From the NCBI GenBank assembly GCA_050177605.1, contig JBFXGX010000021.1:2734-32010 (forward strand): a stretch of DNA of 29,277 bases, given 5' to 3'. The notes under the pieces are model-generated. The model saw nothing but the letters and a program-made list of their open reading frames with translations. It was not told the origin of the DNA and made no database searches. A program made the position numbers and the translations under genes. Shown here piece after piece: positions 26,277 to 29,277 of this stretch. How positions within the stretch are numbered: position 1 is the stretch's first letter; each line of letters begins with the position of its first letter. This DNA is from Candidatus Izemoplasmatales bacterium. GTDB lineage: Bacteria > Bacillota_I > Bacilli_A > Izemoplasmatales > Hujiaoplasmataceae.

Positions 26277-27440
26277 ATGTCTGAAACAGTGAAATTTAAG
26301 ATATTTTACTTTCTGCGTTACTTTGGAGACGCTTTTTTTTATCCATTCATGACCATGTATTTTATATTTAAAGGAATGCAAGAAAATCAAGTTGGGATTA
26401 TCCTGGCAATTACACCGATCATTACCATTTTGGTTAATCCTATTTGGAACTTTATTGTCAAGGATACAAAAATTAGTCGATTAGTTCTTAAAATTATGAC
26501 CCTGCTTGAAGGTTTGTTTATTATCTTACTTACACAAGTCTCAGGGTTAGAGTTATATGCTCTTTTAATTGGTCTGATTGCCTTTTTCTGTTCTCCATTT
26601 ATTTCAATCCAAGATGGGTACACTTCGACCTATACGAATATACAAAAGATTGAATACTCTTCCATTCGAATCTACGCTTCTATTGCTTATGTCATCGCCT
26701 CCGCTATCGCAGGATTTATAATACAGTATATTGGCTATACTTTGCCATTTATCATTAGTGGAACATTCTTTGCGTTAACTGCATTAGTTGCATTTTGGAT
26801 TAAACCAATTGAACGCGATATTATCCAGGAAAAGAAGAAAAAAAGAGATCTAAAAGCATTATTCAAAAACGCTAATTTCTATAAGTATTTAATTTTTTAT
26901 ACATTAGTAATTGGGGCTGTAAGAATCGCAGATTCATATTTTGGCATATTTTTAACGAATGAGTTAGACTTGAGTTTATCAATGTATGGTCTTTTATATG
27001 CCGGATTTGTATCTGTTGAAGTAATTACATTGCGTTTTCTCACGATTAAAGGCTCTTTATATCGAGAGAGAACTTTGATAATGATTGCTTCTGTGTTGTT
27101 TTTTATCCGTATTTTATCCTATGCATTATATCTTCCTCTTGGATTGATGCTTGCGATTACGATGCTTCGTGGCCTTTCATGGGGGACAATCATATATACC
27201 AATATCAAGTATGTAATCAAAATCGTAAAAGTTGAAAACATTACTTCCGCTATATTATTTATGACACTAACATTTTCCTTGTTCATCGGTATCGGAAACT
27301 TCATCTTTGGATCCTTAATTAAGGTCATTGGATACCAATGGCTTTACGTTATTGATGCAGGTCTGATTTTGATCGGGCTATTAATCTTCCTTCTTTTCCC
27401 ATCCAAAACAAGTGAGTTATCAGAATACACCGTTTCCTAA
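26277..27440 (+). CDS. MFS transporter (LacY/nucleoside:H+ symporter-like)
   Basis: 12 TM; YPFMTMYF...QVGII...NPIWNFIVKD and YSSIRIYASIAY patterns; GGAAGGGG RBS. Confidence 0.85.
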   Translation: MSETVKFKIFYFLRYFGDAFFYPFMTMYFIFKGMQENQVGIILAITPIITILVNPIWNFIVKDTKISRLVLKIMTLLEGLFIILLTQVSGLELYALLIGLIAFFCSPFISIQDGYTSTYTNIQKIEYSSIRIYASIAYVIASAIAGFIIQYIGYTLPFIISGTFFALTALVAFWIKPIERDIIQEKKKKRDLKALFKNANFYKYLIFYTLVIGAVRIADSYFGIFLTNELDLSLSMYGLLYAGFVSVEVITLRFLTIKGSLYRERTLIMIASVLFFIRILSYALYLPLGLMLAITMLRGLSWGTIIYTNIKYVIKIVKVENITSAILFMTLTFSLFIGIGNFIFGSLIKVIGYQWLYVIDAGLILIGLLIFLLFPSKTSELSEYTVS

Positions 27441-27519
27441 GAATTAATCAAAACCTTAAAGTAATCTTTTGTTAAATATGATATAATGATGAAATCTAAT
27501 TACTAAAGGAGATAGGACA

Positions 27520-28776
27520 GTGAAAGATACAAACGAAATAAGGTTTGACATGTTACGAAAACCTCAAAAACAAAAATGGTATTTGCGTCCGATAACATGG
27601 TTAATTTCATTCCCGACAGTTTGGGGACATAAACTCAAAGTTAATAAAGTGAATATGAAGGGGTTAAAACCACCATATATTTTACTAGCAACACATCATG
27701 CGTTTGTTGACTTCTCTGTAACCACAGCAGCCATATTTCCTCACCCAGCCAACTATGTTGTAGCGATTGATGGATTTATTGGTAGAGAATGGTTGTTACG
27801 TAGTGTCGGGGGGATTTGTAAAAGAAAGTTTACCAATGATACTACGCTTGTAAAACAAATCAAACATTCATTATATACAAACAAGTATGTTTGTGCAATT
27901 TATCCTGAAGCTAGATATACTCTTGCTGGCACAACTGCAATTCTGCCCGAGTCACTCGGTAAACTATGCAAGTTGATGAAGGTTCCAATTGTTGTTCTTA
28001 ATATGCATGGGGACTATTTATCTCAACCAGTATGGAACTTAAAGAAGAGAAAGGTTAGACTAGAAGCTGATATCACTCAAATTGTTACCCAAGAGGAAGT
28101 AACTATTTTATCTAGTCATGAAATCAATGATCGGATTCAATCTGCCTTTGAGTATGATGAGTATAAATATCAACTAGAATCAAATCAACATATCACAATG
28201 AAAGAACGCGCAGAAGGGTTACATCGAGTTCTATATAAGTGCCCACACTGTGGTAATGAATCTTCGATGACATCTATGGGCTCAAAACTTAAATGTAATT
28301 CCTGCCAAGTCGAATACGAAATGGATGATCTTGGTAGAATTGGCAATACTAGTGGAGAATCAAAATTTACTCATATTCCAGATTGGTACGAATATGAGCG
28401 CGCAGAAGTGAAAAAGGAAATTGAAAACGGAAGTTACTATTTTGAAGATGAAGTCTATGTCGATTCACTACCTAACTCAAAAGGATATATTCGACTTGGA
28501 AAGGCTACACTGAAACATGATATGAATGGATTCCATGTTGAAGGCGATTTTGACGGAGAACATTTCGAACTACATAAAGATCCACTTTCACTGTATTCAC
28601 TTCATATCGAATATGACTACCTAGGAAAAGGGCATGATTGTATAGATTTATCGACTTTAAATGATACATATTATTTATACCCTATATATAAGGAAAATGT
28701 TGTGACCAAATTGCACTTTGCAACAGAAGAATTATACAAGATAAAAATTAGAGAAAAGAGAGAGAACCTTTCGTGA
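27520..28776 (+). CDS. Lysophospholipid acyltransferase (PlsC-like) with C-terminal Zn-ribbon extension
   Basis: HxxxxD (THHAFVD), IYPEAR block III, VPIV; CPHC...CNSC; AAGGAG RBS with a GTG start. Confidence 0.8.
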   Translation: MKDTNEIRFDMLRKPQKQKWYLRPITWLISFPTVWGHKLKVNKVNMKGLKPPYILLATHHAFVDFSVTTAAIFPHPANYVVAIDGFIGREWLLRSVGGICKRKFTNDTTLVKQIKHSLYTNKYVCAIYPEARYTLAGTTAILPESLGKLCKLMKVPIVVLNMHGDYLSQPVWNLKKRKVRLEADITQIVTQEEVTILSSHEINDRIQSAFEYDEYKYQLESNQHITMKERAEGLHRVLYKCPHCGNESSMTSMGSKLKCNSCQVEYEMDDLGRIGNTSGESKFTHIPDWYEYERAEVKKEIENGSYYFEDEVYVDSLPNSKGYIRLGKATLKHDMNGFHVEGDFDGEHFELHKDPLSLYSLHIEYDYLGKGHDCIDLSTLNDTYYLYPIYKENVVTKLHFATEELYKIKIREKRENLS

Positions 28777-29048
28777 TAGCACAGTTATTTGAAGTAGGCA
28801 TGATGATTTGTTTTGGATTTTCTTGGCCGATTGCATGCATAAAGGCATACAAAGCAAGAACAACAAAAGGTATTAGCATATTTTCAGTATCATTAATCCT
28901 AACTGGATATGCACTAGGAATTACTTACAAAATACTAAGTGGAAATATAAATTATGTAATTATTGCTTACATACTTAATTTTTCAGTAGTATTCTTATAT
29001 GCGGTCATTTATTTTAGAAATTGGAGAATTGACCGCCAAAATTCTTAA
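28773..29048 (+). CDS. Small 3-TM PQ-loop/SemiSWEET-like membrane protein
   Basis: 91 aa; FGFSWP..IK.YK..TTKGIS...GY three-helix pattern; GTGA overlap with the upstream gene. Confidence 0.7.
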   Translation: MIAQLFEVGMMICFGFSWPIACIKAYKARTTKGISIFSVSLILTGYALGITYKILSGNINYVIIAYILNFSVVFLYAVIYFRNWRIDRQNS

Positions 29049-29056
29049 TTTTTAGC

Positions 29057-29085
29057 AAAAAAAGCACCTTTCGAGGTGTTTTTTT
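29057..29085 (+). terminator. Intrinsic terminator
   Basis: AAAAAAAGCACCT-TTCG-AGGTGTTTTTTT. Confidence 0.88.
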
Positions 29086-29277
29086 AATATTTCATGTCTT
29101 TTTCTACTAAAAATGATAGGTTAAAAAGACAAATATTCACATTTTAGAATATTTTATCGACAAATCGCTTGGAAATGGTATAATAATAATGTAAAATATT
29201 ATCAATTAAGAATATTTACAAACCTTGAATGGTGTGATAATATGGTAATTAATCATAGAACACACAGTTTTTTTAGT

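Noticed and set aside
2017..27328. Short alternative-frame or antisense ORFs in the track (e.g. 3133-3408, 4493-4798, 8346-8726, 10834-11136, 14397-14657, 16136-16447, 20625-20906, 26387-26623)
   Set aside because: They lie within well-supported genes and have no RBS or recognisable motifs; they are typical shadow ORFs
29086..29277. Repeated AATATT cores and Rex-like half sites at the window end
   Set aside because: Low-complexity AT-rich promoter region with irregular spacing; the downstream gene is outside the window
1..29277. Genetic code 4 (TGA=Trp), CRISPR arrays, IS elements, prophage or defence genes
   Set aside because: Long ORFs are intact under code 11 and TGA ends hfsB and the PlsC-like gene at coupled overlaps; no spaced direct repeats, transposases or phage genes seen

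Overview
AT-rich bacterial chromosomal window using genetic code 11 (TGA is a stop in the ATGA/GTGA gene overlaps). Gene style suggests a low-GC anaerobe, possibly an Izemoplasmatales/Acholeplasmatales-like lineage; this is inference only. In order, the window holds: an oppBCDF peptide ABC operon in which every subunit carries an insertion, two downstream membrane genes, and a convergent multi-TM hypothetical; an SDR; an ECF S-component/DUF1893 pair divergent from a MATE transporter and an NPP-type phosphodiesterase; a tightly packed six-gene redox/H2 operon (rex-adhE-[2Fe-2S] ferredoxin-PAS sensory [FeFe]-hydrogenase-SpoIIE phosphatase-group B [FeFe]-hydrogenase); mgsA; tRNA-Tyr; a CotH-kinase lipoprotein; class II RNR nrdJ behind a structured 5' leader; an MFS permease; and a PlsC-like acyltransferase with a Zn-ribbon coupled to a small PQ-loop-like protein. 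I found no mobile elements or CRISPR arrays. The strongest leads are the kinase-less H2-sensing/ethanol operon, the candidate cis-regulatory RNA/uORF ahead of nrdJ, the ECF-S/DUF1893 module, and a recurring LacI/cre-like operator.
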